The notes below the pieces were generated by a model. It had not been told where the DNA came from. It saw only the letters and a list, made by a program, of their open reading frames with translations, and searched no databases. From an uncultured cyanobacterium (GTDB lineage: Bacteria; Cyanobacteriota; Cyanobacteriia; Cyanobacteriales; Cyanobacteriaceae): DNA of 64,000 nucleotides. The position numbers and the translations under genes are program-made. Of this stretch, positions 1 through 10,817 are shown one piece after another. The stretch is taken from assembly GCA_963710605.1 (NCBI GenBank), contig CAVQBA010000005.1, forward strand, positions 32,001-96,000. The letters run 5' to 3'. How positions within the stretch are numbered: the stretch's first letter is position 1; each line of letters opens with the position of its first letter.

Positions 1-809
1 TCGATTTAATGGCAGAGCAAATTAAAGATTTAAAAAACGGCAAAGGTATTGATAAACCTATTTATAACCATGATAATGGTAAGTTAGAAGGTCCTGAGAG
101 AGTCGAACCTAACAAAGTAATCGTAATCGAAGGTTTACACCCTTTATATGACAAAAGAGTTAGAGATTTAGTTGATTTTAGTGTCTATCTTGATATTGGT
201 GAAGAAGTTAAGATTCAATGGAAAATTCAACGTGATATGGCAGAGCGTGGTCATACTTACGAAGATGTACTTGCTTCAATTAATGCGAGAAAACCCGATT
301 TTACAGCTTATATTGAAGTTCAAAAACAATATGCTGATATTGTGCTTCAAGTATTACCAACTGAATTAATTGAGGATAAAGAAGCTAAAATACTTAGAGT
401 TCGTTTAATTGAAAAAGAAGGTATCGAACATTTTGATCCTACCTATTTATTTGACGAAGGTTCAACAATCGATTGGCGTCCTTGTGGACGTAAATTAACC
501 TGTGCTTATCCCGGTCTAAAAATGTATTATGGACCTGATAACTACATGGGTAATGAAGTTTCCATCCTTGAAATTGATGGTCAATTTGATAACTTAGAAG
601 AAATTATTTACGTTGAAAGTCACTTAAGTCGTACAGGTACTAAATACTACGGCGAGATGACTGAACTATTACTCAAACATAAAGATTACCCCGGTTCTAA
701 TAACGGGACTGGTTTATTCCAAGTTTTAGTTGGTTTAAAAATGCGTGAAACATATGAAGAATTGACTGGTACACTTTCTAAGCCAAATTCTGAAATCGCT
801 CAAGTGTAA
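1..809 (+). CDS. prk: phosphoribulokinase, 5' part outside window
   Basis: KPIYNH, EGLHPLYD, QRDMAERGH and GSNNGTGLFQ motifs of cyanobacterial PRK. Confidence 0.96.
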   Translation, partial: DLMAEQIKDLKNGKGIDKPIYNHDNGKLEGPERVEPNKVIVIEGLHPLYDKRVRDLVDFSVYLDIGEEVKIQWKIQRDMAERGHTYEDVLASINARKPDFTAYIEVQKQYADIVLQVLPTELIEDKEAKILRVRLIEKEGIEHFDPTYLFDEGSTIDWRPCGRKLTCAYPGLKMYYGPDNYMGNEVSILEIDGQFDNLEEIIYVESHLSRTGTKYYGEMTELLLKHKDYPGSNNGTGLFQVLVGLKMRETYEELTGTLSKPNSEIAQV

Positions 810-843
810 TTTTTTCTTATTTCCAAAAATCTTAAAAAAAAGT

Positions 844-885
844 TGTGGCTAATTATTTTATGACGAGTAATTAGTCACATTTTTT
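844..885 (+). terminator. intrinsic terminator after prk
   Basis: TGTGGCTAATTA / TAATTAGTCACA stem followed by T-run. Confidence 0.7.
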
Positions 886-1304
886 ATGCTATAACACTTC
901 TACAAATACCTATATAACAATAGTTTTAGTGTTTTTATCTATCGTAACTATAATAGCGACTACTATAAAAATTATTATTGAAAATTGTTGCTATCTAATT
1001 AAAATATGTAATATTGTTGAAAATTTAAAATTATTGTTTTTAGCTTAATTTCAAATTAATCAGTTGATTCGTAGTTTAAAGGTCTGTGTTGAGTAGATTA
1101 TGGTTTATCAATTCTATTACCTATCTTCTAAACCATAAAAAAATTTAAGGTTGATAATTATTTTTATTCATTATTACTAAATATTCTCAATTATTGTTAA
1201 TTAGTTATTAATAATTAATCCTAAATTTTTATTTTATTTTTTACAATATAGATATTATTTAACTATAATTAAATAATAAATAATAAAAGCTAATTAAACA
1301 GTTA

Positions 1305-2222
1305 TTGATGTTGAGAGATAATCGTCAAAAAGTACGTCAGGTTTTGCTTATAACTTTAATACTTAATATTGTGGTATTAGCTTTAAAACTGATAGTAGGA
1401 ATTATAACTGGTTCTCTAAGTTTGCAAGCTGATGCTTTGCATAGTGTTACTGATAGTGCTAATAATATTTTAGGTTTAGTAACTAATCAACTGTCCTCTC
1501 CCGAACCAGACAAAGAACATCCTTATGGGCATCAAAAGTTTGAGGCAATTGGGGCTTTAGGTATTGCCGCTTTTTTAGGGATTGCTTGTTTTGAGATACT
1601 TTCTCATGCGATCGAGCGTATTTTTGGTGAGCCAACATCAATTACTGTTAATCCTAATGAATTATGGTTATTAGTGATTGTTTTAGGAATTAATATTTTT
1701 GTGGCTTTTTATGAGCGTCGTATTGGCACAAAGTTGGGTAGTCAAATTTTAATTGCTGATGCAACTCATACGATGAGCGATGTTTGGATTACGATCGCTG
1801 TTTTGTTCGGTTTAATTGGTATTTGGCAATCACAAATCTGGCAGATACCTCAGTTACAATCTCTTGATTTATTTTTAGCTTTTCCTGTCGCTTTTCTTGT
1901 TTTAAAAAGTGGTTGGGAAGTCTTAAAAACAAATTTACCTTGGTTAGTAGATGAAATTGCGATCGCTCCTGAGTCTATCCATCAAGTAGTCATGTCTGTA
2001 CCGGGAGTAATTAACTGTCATGATATAGCTTCAAGAGGATTAATCGGCAGACAAGTATTTATTGAAATGCACTTAATCGTTGAGAATACTGATGTTAAAA
2101 CAGCTCATGATATAACAGAAGAGGTAGAAGATAGATTAGAGGCTAAATTCTCTCCTGTAAGAGTTTTGATTCACATCGAACCAATAGAATATAGTTCAGA
2201 ACAAATATTTTTTGAAGGATAA
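1305..2222 (+). CDS. cation diffusion facilitator (CDF/FieF-like) transporter
   Basis: SLSLQADALHSVTD, HPYGHQKFE, TM helices, C-terminal HIEP. Confidence 0.92.
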   Translation: MMLRDNRQKVRQVLLITLILNIVVLALKLIVGIITGSLSLQADALHSVTDSANNILGLVTNQLSSPEPDKEHPYGHQKFEAIGALGIAAFLGIACFEILSHAIERIFGEPTSITVNPNELWLLVIVLGINIFVAFYERRIGTKLGSQILIADATHTMSDVWITIAVLFGLIGIWQSQIWQIPQLQSLDLFLAFPVAFLVLKSGWEVLKTNLPWLVDEIAIAPESIHQVVMSVPGVINCHDIASRGLIGRQVFIEMHLIVENTDVKTAHDITEEVEDRLEAKFSPVRVLIHIEPIEYSSEQIFFEG

Positions 2223-2229
2223 ACAATAG

Positions 2230-2297
2230 TTGAGAATTGAGAGTTGAGAATTGAGATGAATCCCTGCTTCGCACGTCTTCGGTGAGAATTGAGAATT
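2230..2297 (+). repeat. heptamer tandem repeat (TTGAGAA)n interrupted by a ~26 nt GC-richer insert at 2257-2282
   Basis: direct reading. Confidence 0.8.
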
Positions 2298-2384
2298 ACT
2301 TGATGGTCATAATAATTTTTTCGGTATTTAAAGAAAGATACGTAAAATAAAATTTGAATGTTTTCGTTTGACGATCGATCGAAA

Positions 2385-2666
2385 TTACTTTACCATAAAG
2401 ATCATCTTTTGATTGCAGACGTTTATAATTAGCGTGCCTATTTTTTCAACATCTTCTTCACTGATACCAACGATGACTATTCTTTCGTCTTGAGGTTGAA
2501 GTGGTTTTCTGGTAACAAAAGCATCATAAGCGAATAATTCGATCGGTTGTAGCAACCCTAAAAAGCGAATGAAGATAATTGTGATAGCGACAATGGGAGT
2601 GGCAATCATAACAATACGCCAACGCCAAAAAAACGATCGTATTAATGAAAATTTATTACTATCCAC
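2385..2666 (-). pseudogene. truncated CHASE2-domain sensor, N-terminal fragment only
   Basis: LRFLGLLQPIELFAYD...DERIVIVGISEEDV is the typical CHASE2 start; similarity ends after ~80 aa. Confidence 0.75.
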
Positions 2667-2677
2667 AATTACGTAAG

Positions 2678-2728
2678 GGAATAGGGAATAGGGAATAGGG
2701 AATAGGGAATAGGGAATAGGGAATAGGG
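2678..2728 (+). repeat. STRR-type heptamer array (GGGAATA)x7
   Basis: direct reading. Confidence 0.9.
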
Positions 2729-2789
2729 GATATTTTGAGTAATATAGTTAATTAAAATAAGAATGAGACAATTTAAGTATCTTTTCTTT

Positions 2790-2847
2790 AAGTTTAATTT
2801 ATTAAACGGTATCTATTAGCCTTGTAATTTATACCCAAGGCGGGGTT
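2790..2847 (+). repeat. dispersed double-hairpin repeat, family A copy 1
   Basis: GTTTAATTTATTAAAC...TTAGCCTTG-N-CAAGGCGGG; 5 copies in window. Confidence 0.85.
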
Positions 2848-3010
2848 AAAATTCAAGTAGAGACAAGGCATACCTTATCTTGTACAGGGTTTTGAAACCT
2901 TAAAAATATATCAAAAATATACAATCTATTTGACATTGGTACTTACAAACTAATAGCTAACAGCTAAATGCTAAAAGCCAAAACTTAATTATTTACGATC
3001 GTTTAAATCT

Positions 3011-3418
3011 TTACTCAGTCACAAAAACAACATTATTTTCTACTTTAACTTGATATTTATCTAAATCAGTAATAGCCAAACCTTCAATCAAAGTACCATC
3101 TTGTTGAAATTTAGATTGATGACAAGGGCAAATAAACATATTTTCAGTTTTCTGCCATTCAACCAAACAACCTGCATGGGTACAAGTTGGGTTAACAGCG
3201 AGTAAGCAATCCTCTTGGGTTTGAGTGACTAAAACCTCACCAATTTCTAAATCTTCATTTAATAAAAAACCCTGAGTTTCTAACTCCTCAACTGTACCAA
3301 CCAGATAAAATTGAGCTGAGGAATCGGTTTGAGCAAAAATAGCAGATTTAGGTTTAAAAATCTTAGCTAAAAATACTCCGAAAATTCCCCAACCGATAAA
3401 ACTACGTCTTTTGATCAT
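3011..3418 (-). CDS. small Rieske [2Fe-2S] protein (PetC3-like) with twin-arginine signal
   Basis: KRRSFI; CTHAGC and CPCHQSKF motifs. Confidence 0.88.
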   Translation of the reverse strand: MIKRRSFIGWGIFGVFLAKIFKPKSAIFAQTDSSAQFYLVGTVEELETQGFLLNEDLEIGEVLVTQTQEDCLLAVNPTCTHAGCLVEWQKTENMFICPCHQSKFQQDGTLIEGLAITDLDKYQVKVENNVVFVTE

Positions 3419-3433
3419 GATTATGCTAAATAC

Positions 3434-4516
3434 CTAAGAAGTCATCGCTGAGGCATTAGTTTTTGCAAAAATCATTCTTCCTGCGGAAGTTTGTAAAGCA
3501 GAAGTTACAGTAACTCGCAATTCTTTACCTACATGATCATTTGCATCCTCAACAACAACCATTGTACCATCTTCTAAATAGCCAATACCTTGAGATGCTT
3601 CTTTTCCATGCTTAAGGATTTTTAAATCAATATAATCCCCTGGTAAATAAATCGGGCGTACTGCTTGAGCTAAATCATTCACATTCAAGATGAGAATTTT
3701 TTGTAAGCTGGCGACTTTACTCAAATTAAAATCGTTAGTAATTAATGTTGCATTAATTTCGTGAGCTAGATGTAATAATCTTGCATCTACTGTTTGAATT
3801 TCTTCGTATTCAGCAGGATGAATTACTAAAGTATCGGGATATTCTTCTTGCATTTGATTCAGAATATCTAATCCTCTTCTTCCTCGTACTCTTTTTTGAT
3901 CATTTGTCGCATCAGCTAATTGTTGTAATTCGTTAAGAATAAATTGAGGGATTAAAATTTGTCCTTCAATAAATCCTGTGGCTAGAAGTTGTTGAATTCT
4001 ACCATCGATAATACAACTGGTATCAAGTATTTTAGTAGCTACAGGTGTTAATGTACCTTCTGCGACTAACATTGATTCGATACTATTAGGATTAATCAAA
4101 CGTAAAAAAGTACGTCCGTGGGTATCGGCTAAAGAAACTCCTAAAACCGTAAACATTATGCTACCTAAAATAGCAATTAACGGTTTGATGAAACTGAAGT
4201 TGTCGGGAATAGGTAAAAGAAAAATGGGGGCAAGTAACAGATTTGCTAATAACAAACCAAGTACTAAACCAATCGCTCGTGTAATAATAATTTCGATCGG
4301 TGTTTGACGAATTTGAACTTCTAAACGCCTATAAGTAGTTTGAGCAACCAAGCCACTGGCTAAACCAAGTATAGAGGCAAAACCTGCCGCTAACCATCGT
4401 AATGCCTGCATATTAGAAATTTGATCTTGAATATCTGATGGTAAGACAGAGACGATGTCAAAGCCTACTCCACCAAAAGCTAAAACAAAAATGGCAATAA
4501 TAATTATATCAATCAT
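3434..4516 (-). CDS. membrane PIN/TRAM domain protein (YacL/Ycf81-like)
   Basis: KILDTSCIIDGRI, RGRRGLDIL, GYLEDGTMVVVE, LQTSAGRMIF. Confidence 0.92.
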   Translation of the reverse strand: MIDIIIIAIFVLAFGGVGFDIVSVLPSDIQDQISNMQALRWLAAGFASILGLASGLVAQTTYRRLEVQIRQTPIEIIITRAIGLVLGLLLANLLLAPIFLLPIPDNFSFIKPLIAILGSIMFTVLGVSLADTHGRTFLRLINPNSIESMLVAEGTLTPVATKILDTSCIIDGRIQQLLATGFIEGQILIPQFILNELQQLADATNDQKRVRGRRGLDILNQMQEEYPDTLVIHPAEYEEIQTVDARLLHLAHEINATLITNDFNLSKVASLQKILILNVNDLAQAVRPIYLPGDYIDLKILKHGKEASQGIGYLEDGTMVVVEDANDHVGKELRVTVTSALQTSAGRMIFAKTNASAMTS

Positions 4517-5181
4517 AAAAATCAGATCCTCAATTTAGTAGGATTGTGAGATAACTTATTATATTATTTATCTCATGATTAATTTGTTAACTAAAGTTAA
4601 CCTATAATCTATTCTAGACAATTGACAATTAATTGTTTACTTAAACAGTATCGAATCAAATTTAAAATATTGGCTAAGTACATATAAACAAAGGTTTGGC
4701 GAAATTTTTATTTAATGATTGTTAGTTAAACTTATGTGTAGTTGATTAAGTTAAAATTATCAATAGTCGGATCATAATTAACTATTAATAATCAATAATA
4801 GTCATTAACAAAACTTATATTTTCTCTTTGTTTTAATCTCATTAAAGTAAAGTATAATTCTGCCGTTTTTTCTAGCCTTAAATATTTTTATTAAAGATAG
4901 TAATTTTCTTTTCTTTCTTTGAGACAGTAATTTTTTGATTGTATTGATTAACTATTTTGACATGAAGTAAATGTTAAAACGTTATGGTTGGCTATAATTA
5001 AATATATTTGGTTCATTGGGTTGTCATCTTATTTATTGTGATTTTAGATGACAATAAATTGCCCAGTTACGATCGAGTGCTTGCCGACGTATCCTGCGAT
5101 CGTAATCAATTTATTTATAACTCTACTGATTCAGACTTTCAATATTAAAATATTTTCTGAGAATTTTTCCAATTTTAAATT

Positions 5182-6171
5182 ATGGATTTAGTTAATTTAC
5201 AAAGTACTTTAGATAATATTTCTTTTGCCGTACTTTTTATCACTATGCTTTGCTATTGGGTAAGTACTGCTTTTCCCAATTTAACTGTCTTAGCTAAATT
5301 AGGTACGACAGGTTTTATCATTGCTAATTTATCAATAGGCTCATTACTAATTGCTCGTTGGATAGAAGGAGGTTATTTCCCGATTAGTAATCTTTATGAA
5401 TCTTTATTTTTCCTCACTTGGGGTATAACAGCAGTTCATTTAATCGCCGAAAACATGACAGGTAGTCGGTTAGTTGGTGTTGTTACCAGCCCCATTGCTA
5501 TGGGTATTACTGCATTTGCGGCCTTATCTTTACCCGTAGATATGCGATATAGCGAACCATTAGTACCTGCTTTAAAATCTAATTGGTTAATGATGCACGT
5601 TAGCGTCATGATGTTTAGTTATTCAGCTTTAATGGTTGGTTCTTTAGTAGCGATCGCTTTTTTGGTTATGACTCAAGGTAAAGAAGTTCAACTCAGAGGT
5701 AGCTCAGTTGGCACAGGAGCGTACCGTAACGTTAAAAACCTTAAATTCAATTACGAAAAAGAAAGTATTCCTCAGGTAGCAAATAACGGTAATACAGCAG
5801 TTTTAACACAACCTGAGGTAGAAGAAGTAGTTACTTTGTCTCCTGAACGTTTAAATTTGGTTGATACCCTTGATAACATTAGTTATCGGATTATCGGTTT
5901 AGGTTTTCCTTTACTAACGATCGGGATTATTTCTGGTGGTGTTTGGGCAAACGAAGCATGGGGTTCGTATTGGAGTTGGGACCCTAAAGAAACATGGGCA
6001 TTTATTACTTGGTTAGTATTCGCCGCCTATTTACACGCTCGGATTACAAAAGATTGGCAAGGAAGAAAACCCGCTTTTATTGCCGCCGCTGGTTTTGTCG
6101 TCGTTTGGGTTTGTTATTTAGGAGTCAACTTATTAGGTAAAGGTTTACATTCTTACGGTTGGTTTTTCTAA
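5182..6171 (+). CDS. ccsA: system II cytochrome c biogenesis protein CcsA/CcsB (Ycf5)
   Basis: [19 protein letters not shown] (WWD motif), GLHSYG. Confidence 0.96.
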   Translation: MDLVNLQSTLDNISFAVLFITMLCYWVSTAFPNLTVLAKLGTTGFIIANLSIGSLLIARWIEGGYFPISNLYESLFFLTWGITAVHLIAENMTGSRLVGVVTSPIAMGITAFAALSLPVDMRYSEPLVPALKSNWLMMHVSVMMFSYSALMVGSLVAIAFLVMTQGKEVQLRGSSVGTGAYRNVKNLKFNYEKESIPQVANNGNTAVLTQPEVEEVVTLSPERLNLVDTLDNISYRIIGLGFPLLTIGIISGGVWANEAWGSYWSWDPKETWAFITWLVFAAYLHARITKDWQGRKPAFIAAAGFVVVWVCYLGVNLLGKGLHSYGWFF

Positions 6172-6206
6172 CAATTAAAAGTAATAGAAAATGACCAATA
6201 TATACT

Positions 6207-6231
6207 GTAGAGACGTTGCAGTGCAACGTCT
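6207..6231 (+). repeat. GTAG-type REP palindrome; related copies at 2857-2885, 19341-19362, 20086-20114, 51067-51094, 60264-60287
   Basis: GTAGAGACGTTGCA-G-TGCAACGTCT. Confidence 0.75.
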
Positions 6232-6340
6232 TTTTATTTAATATCTAAGTAAAAAAGCGATCGTATTTGCTTTAAATCTAGCTTGCCTAACATTTAAAAT
6301 TTAAAACCTAAAACCTAACACTTAACATTTAATTATTACC

Positions 6341-7030
6341 GTGCAATTTGATGTAATCACCCTATTTCCTGAATTTTTCAGTTCACCTTTAAGCTGTAGT
6401 TTGCTGGGTAAAGCAATATCGAAAGGAATTGCTCAAGTTAATTTAATTAATCCGAGAGATTTTGCTAATAATAAACATCGTCAGGTAGATGATGAGCCTT
6501 ATGGCGGTGGTGCAGGTATGGTATTAAAAGCTGAACCAATTATTACTGCTGTAGAATCAGTAGCTAATCTTCAACCACGAGAAGTTATTTTACTTACTCC
6601 TCAAGGAGAAAAACTAACTCAAAGCTTATTAAAACAATTCGCAACTAACTATCAACAATTGGTTTTAATTTGTGGACATTACGAAGGAATTGACGAACGA
6701 GTCCAGAATATTGTCACTAAAGAAGTTTCTCTCGGTGATTTTGTTTTAACTTGTGGTGAAATACCTGCTTTAACTTTAATCAACGGTGTGGTTAGACTTA
6801 TACCCGGTACTGTCCGTAACGCTCAATCTTTATATGCTGATAGCTTTGAAGATGGTTTACTTGATTATCCTCATTATACTCGTCCTCGTGTTTTCCGTGA
6901 TTTAGAAGTACCGCCTGTTTTACTTTCAGGAAATCACGCTCATATTGCCAAATGGCGTTATGAACAACAATTGGCAATAACTGCCCAAAAACGCCCCGAT
7001 ATGATCGAAAAATATAATCAGGAAAATTAA
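6341..7030 (+). CDS. trmD: tRNA (guanine37-N1)-methyltransferase
   Basis: VDDEPYGGGAGMV, CGHYEGIDER, SLGDFVL, YPHYTRP. Confidence 0.96.
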   Translation: MQFDVITLFPEFFSSPLSCSLLGKAISKGIAQVNLINPRDFANNKHRQVDDEPYGGGAGMVLKAEPIITAVESVANLQPREVILLTPQGEKLTQSLLKQFATNYQQLVLICGHYEGIDERVQNIVTKEVSLGDFVLTCGEIPALTLINGVVRLIPGTVRNAQSLYADSFEDGLLDYPHYTRPRVFRDLEVPPVLLSGNHAHIAKWRYEQQLAITAQKRPDMIEKYNQEN

Positions 7031-7118
7031 TAATTAAGTTCACTTGTTTTAAGTACTTTTATTTATTACTTATTACTTATTGCTTCTTACTTGCCTTTTA
7101 CCTTTTGCATGAGTGCCT

Positions 7119-7173
7119 ATTCCCGATTCCCGATTCCCCATTCCCGATTCCCCATTCCCTATTCCCCATTCCC
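7119..7173 (-). repeat. heptamer array (GGGAATN)n overlapping the thiS 3' end
   Basis: direct reading. Confidence 0.85.
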
Positions 7174-7383
7174 TCCGCCGACGATGGTAACCACTTCAAG
7201 GCGATCGTTATTCTCAATAATCGTTTCTTGCCAATATTGACGATGTAAGATTTCTCCGTTATATTCAAGAGCGATTAAACGAGGATTAAAATTTAATTGT
7301 TGCAGTAGTTTAGGTAAAGAAATAGATGGAGGACAATTATGAGATTCCCCGTTAACAGTAATCTGAATTTGAGTTGCAGTCAT
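7159..7383 (-). CDS. thiS: thiamine sulfur carrier ThiS; ends GGG-NGE
   Basis: ITVNGE, ALEYNGEILHR, DRLEVVTIVGGG. Confidence 0.9.
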   Translation of the reverse strand: MTATQIQITVNGESHNCPPSISLPKLLQQLNFNPRLIALEYNGEILHRQYWQETIIENNDRLEVVTIVGGGNGE

Positions 7384-7943
7384 AAAAAATAATTATTACT
7401 TATTTTGATATTTAGATTGTGTATCGATCGTTCAATTCAAAAGTTGTACCTACACTTCAAAGTTTTTATTTATTAGTAGATTTATCTTAAAATATCACAT
7501 CACCAGTCATTATTCGTACATTTATATTGTTGGTATTAAATATAAAATCAAACTTTTTAGATTTACATTTGCTTAAAAATTTTGCCCATATTATACTTAA
7601 TCTTAACATCGGGAAAAGTTTATGTTTTATTAATTTTTGAATTATAACGCTGTAATAGATGTACTTACAGACTCATTTAAGTATAGTTAATAACTTTAGT
7701 TCGGAAAAAAACTGAGAAAAGTGTGACAATTTGTTAAAAAATCTGTTAAAAATATAGAAGGTGGATAAAACAACAGTTCAATCCTCGCTTTAACTAGGGT
7801 TAGAATAACAACTAACTCATGCTATATTAAGAAAAGTTAATTGTTAACAACTAATTGTTGCTTAATGGCAGTTCAGTCTCCAATAATAAAATAAAGAGAC
7901 TTAAAAAAAGTAAAATTTGACAAGTTAAAATTAAAGAAACATT

Positions 7944-9002
7944 ATGACCATTGCAGTCGGACGTGCTCCGTCAGAAAGAGGTTTATTTGATGCTCTTGAT
8001 GACTGGCTCAAAAGAGACAGGTTTGTCTTTGTTGGTTGGTCTGGAATCTTATTATTCCCTTGTGCTTACTTAGCATTAGGTGGTTGGTTAACAGGTACTA
8101 CCTTCGTAACCTCATGGTACACTCATGGTTTAGCTAGTTCTTACTTAGAAGGTGCTAACTTTTTAACTGTAGCAGTATCAAGCCCTGCTAACGTATTCGG
8201 TCACTCCTTATTATTTTTATGGGGTCCTGAAGCACAAGGTGATTTAACTCGCTGGTTTCAAATCGGTGGTTTATGGACATTTGTCGCACTTCATGGTGCT
8301 TTTGCCTTAATCGGCTTCATGTTGCGTCAATTTGAGATTTCTCGTTTAGTCGGGATTCGTCCTTATAATGCGATCGCTTTCTCAGCTCCTATCGCTGTAT
8401 TTGTCAGTGTTTTCTTGATGTATCCTTTAGGACAATCAAGCTGGTTTTTTGCTCCTTCATTTGGAGTAGCAGGAATCTTCCGTTTCATCCTCTTTTTACA
8501 AGGTTTCCATAACTGGACACTAAATCCTTTCCATATGATGGGAGTAGCAGGAGTATTAGGTGGTGCATTATTATGTGCAATTCACGGTGCAACCGTAGAA
8601 AACACCTTATTCCAAGATGGTGAACAGGCAAACACATTCCGTGCGTTTGAACCAACACAAGCAGAAGAAACTTATTCAATGGTAACTGCTAACCGTTTCT
8701 GGTCTCAGATATTCGGTATTGCTTTCTCTAACAAACGTTGGTTACACTTCTTTATGTTGTTTGTACCCGTAACAGGTTTGTGGATGAGTGCGATCGGTAT
8801 CGTCGGTTTAGCATTTAACTTAAGAGCATATGATTTTGTATCTCAAGAGTTAAGAGCGGCAGAAGATCCAGAATTTGAAACATTTTATACTAAAAACATC
8901 CTATTAAACGAAGGGTTGCGTGCATGGATGGCACCACAAGATCAACCCCATCAAAAATTTGAATTCCCTGAGGAGGTACTTCCACGTGGTAACGCTCTCT
9001 AA
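7944..9002 (+). CDS. psbD: photosystem II D2 protein
   Basis: MTIAVGRAP...[10 protein letters not shown]. Confidence 0.99.
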   Translation: MTIAVGRAPSERGLFDALDDWLKRDRFVFVGWSGILLFPCAYLALGGWLTGTTFVTSWYTHGLASSYLEGANFLTVAVSSPANVFGHSLLFLWGPEAQGDLTRWFQIGGLWTFVALHGAFALIGFMLRQFEISRLVGIRPYNAIAFSAPIAVFVSVFLMYPLGQSSWFFAPSFGVAGIFRFILFLQGFHNWTLNPFHMMGVAGVLGGALLCAIHGATVENTLFQDGEQANTFRAFEPTQAEETYSMVTANRFWSQIFGIAFSNKRWLHFFMLFVPVTGLWMSAIGIVGLAFNLRAYDFVSQELRAAEDPEFETFYTKNILLNEGLRAWMAPQDQPHQKFEFPEEVLPRGNAL

Positions 9003-10353
9003 TACAGGCGGTCGTGACCTACCATCTACCGGTTTTGCTTGGTGGTCTGGTAATGCTAGACTTATCAACTTATCTGGTAAATTGTTGGGTGCTCACGTCG
9101 CTCACGCAGGTTTAATTGTCTTCTGGGCAGGAGCAATGACCTTATTTGAAACAGCCCACTTCATCCCTGAAAAACCCATGTACGAACAAGGGTTGATTCT
9201 TTTACCTCACATTGCAACCTTAGGTTGGGGTGTAGGTGCAGGTGGTGAAATAGTAGATACATTTCCTTTCTTCGTCGCTGGTGTACTTCACTTAATTTCT
9301 TCGGCGGTTTTAGGATTCGGTGGACTTTATCACGCTTTGCGTGGCCCTGATACTTTAGAATCTGATTTCTTTGGTTACGATTGGAAAGACAAAGACCAAA
9401 TGACCAACATTATTGGTTATCACCTAATTCTTTTAGGTTGTGGTGCTTTATTACTCGTATTCAAAGCGATGTTCTTTGGTGGTGTCTATGATACATGGGC
9501 TCCTGGTGGTGGAGATGTCAGACTCATTACCAACCCAACTTTAAACCCTTCAGTTATCTTTGGTTATTTACTTAAAGCACCATTTGGTGGAGAAGGTTGG
9601 TTTCTTAGTGTTAATAACATGGAAGATATCATCGGCGGTCACATTTGGGTTGGCTTAATTTGTATCGCAGGTGGTGTGTACCACATTCTAACCAAGCCTT
9701 TTGGTTGGGTTCGTCGTGCATTCATTTGGTCTGGTGAAGCTTATCTTTCTTATAGTTTAGGTGCTTTATCCTTAATGGGATTCATCGCTTCTACTATGGT
9801 TTGGTACAACAACACCGCTTATCCTAGTGAATTCTTTGGCCCTACAGGTGCAGAAGCATCTCAAGCACAAGCATTAACTTATTTAATCCGTGACCAACGC
9901 TTAGGTGCTAATGTAGGTTCTGCACAAGGTCCTACAGGTTTGGGTAAATACTTAATGCGTTCTCCTACCGGTGAAATCATCTTTGGTGGAGAAACCATGC
10001 GTTTTTGGGATTTCCGTGGTCCTTGGTTAGAGCCTTTACGTGGACCTAACGGTTTAGACTTAGACAAAGTAAGAAACGATATTCAACCTTGGCAAGTACG
10101 TCGTGCGGCTGAATACATGACTCACGCTCCTTTAGGTTCATTGAACTCTGTAGGTGGCGTTATTACTGACGTAAACTCCTTTAACTATGTATCTCCTCGT
10201 GCATGGTTAGCAACTTCTCACTTCGTATTAGGCTTCTTCTTCTTAATCGGTCATTTATGGCATGCAGGAAGAGCTCGTGCGGCAGCGGGTGGTTTTGAAA
10301 AAGGTATTGAGCGTGAAACAGAGCCAGTATTAGCAATGCCAGATTTAGACTAA
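8986..10353 (+). CDS. psbC: photosystem II CP43; GTG start overlapping psbD
   Basis: [32 protein letters not shown] precedes GTG at 8986, as in canonical psbDC. Confidence 0.98.
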   Translation: MVTLSNTGGRDLPSTGFAWWSGNARLINLSGKLLGAHVAHAGLIVFWAGAMTLFETAHFIPEKPMYEQGLILLPHIATLGWGVGAGGEIVDTFPFFVAGVLHLISSAVLGFGGLYHALRGPDTLESDFFGYDWKDKDQMTNIIGYHLILLGCGALLLVFKAMFFGGVYDTWAPGGGDVRLITNPTLNPSVIFGYLLKAPFGGEGWFLSVNNMEDIIGGHIWVGLICIAGGVYHILTKPFGWVRRAFIWSGEAYLSYSLGALSLMGFIASTMVWYNNTAYPSEFFGPTGAEASQAQALTYLIRDQRLGANVGSAQGPTGLGKYLMRSPTGEIIFGGETMRFWDFRGPWLEPLRGPNGLDLDKVRNDIQPWQVRRAAEYMTHAPLGSLNSVGGVITDVNSFNYVSPRAWLATSHFVLGFFFLIGHLWHAGRARAAAGGFEKGIERETEPVLAMPDLD

Positions 10354-10406
10354 TTTTAATTTAGTTTTTTACTAGTTGAAATCTTAATCTTAATCGGATA
10401 GAAAAG

Positions 10407-10438
10407 AGTCTCTACTTAAATGTAGGGGCTTTTTTTTT
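10407..10438 (+). terminator. intrinsic terminator after psbC
   Basis: AGTCTCTAC / GTAGGGGCT stem plus T-run. Confidence 0.8.
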
Positions 10439-10462
10439 GGATATGTAAACCACCCCTAACCC

Positions 10463-10509
10463 ACGGGGCGTTGACAAGCATCTGAAATAAATTCAGATAA
10501 GGTGCCCCT
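10463..10509 (+). mobile_element. 47-nt structured mini-element (family E) inserted in a C/G-run hairpin repeat
   Basis: ACGGGGC..ACAAG-stem-GAAATnnATTC-stem..GCCCCT; compare 31051 and 36917. Confidence 0.7.
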
Positions 10510-10817
10510 CCTCCTTTAAAGCGGGGGGAAATCTATTTAACTGTTCAAAACAACTTGTTTACTGCTATGTTGACGCTTTGGACAAACACTTATAAATAAA
10601 GTTTGTAGTAATGACTTTAGTCATTGAATTATTAAGAATTAAAATAAAGTTACCATAAATTTTTTCGCTCAATACACGATAGTCAAGATTTTATTATAAG
10701 TAATTAAACGAACCGTTATATTATTTACAGTTAGTAAAATTAAAGATAATCAAGTTAAAGCAGACTATAAATAGTATTTAATAGTTAAATAAGTAAAAAA
10801 GTTGTTGTATGTAGAAG

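Noticed and set aside
8920-8985. ATG-extended psbC N-terminus
   Set aside because: The canonical GTG start with an SD is at 8986.
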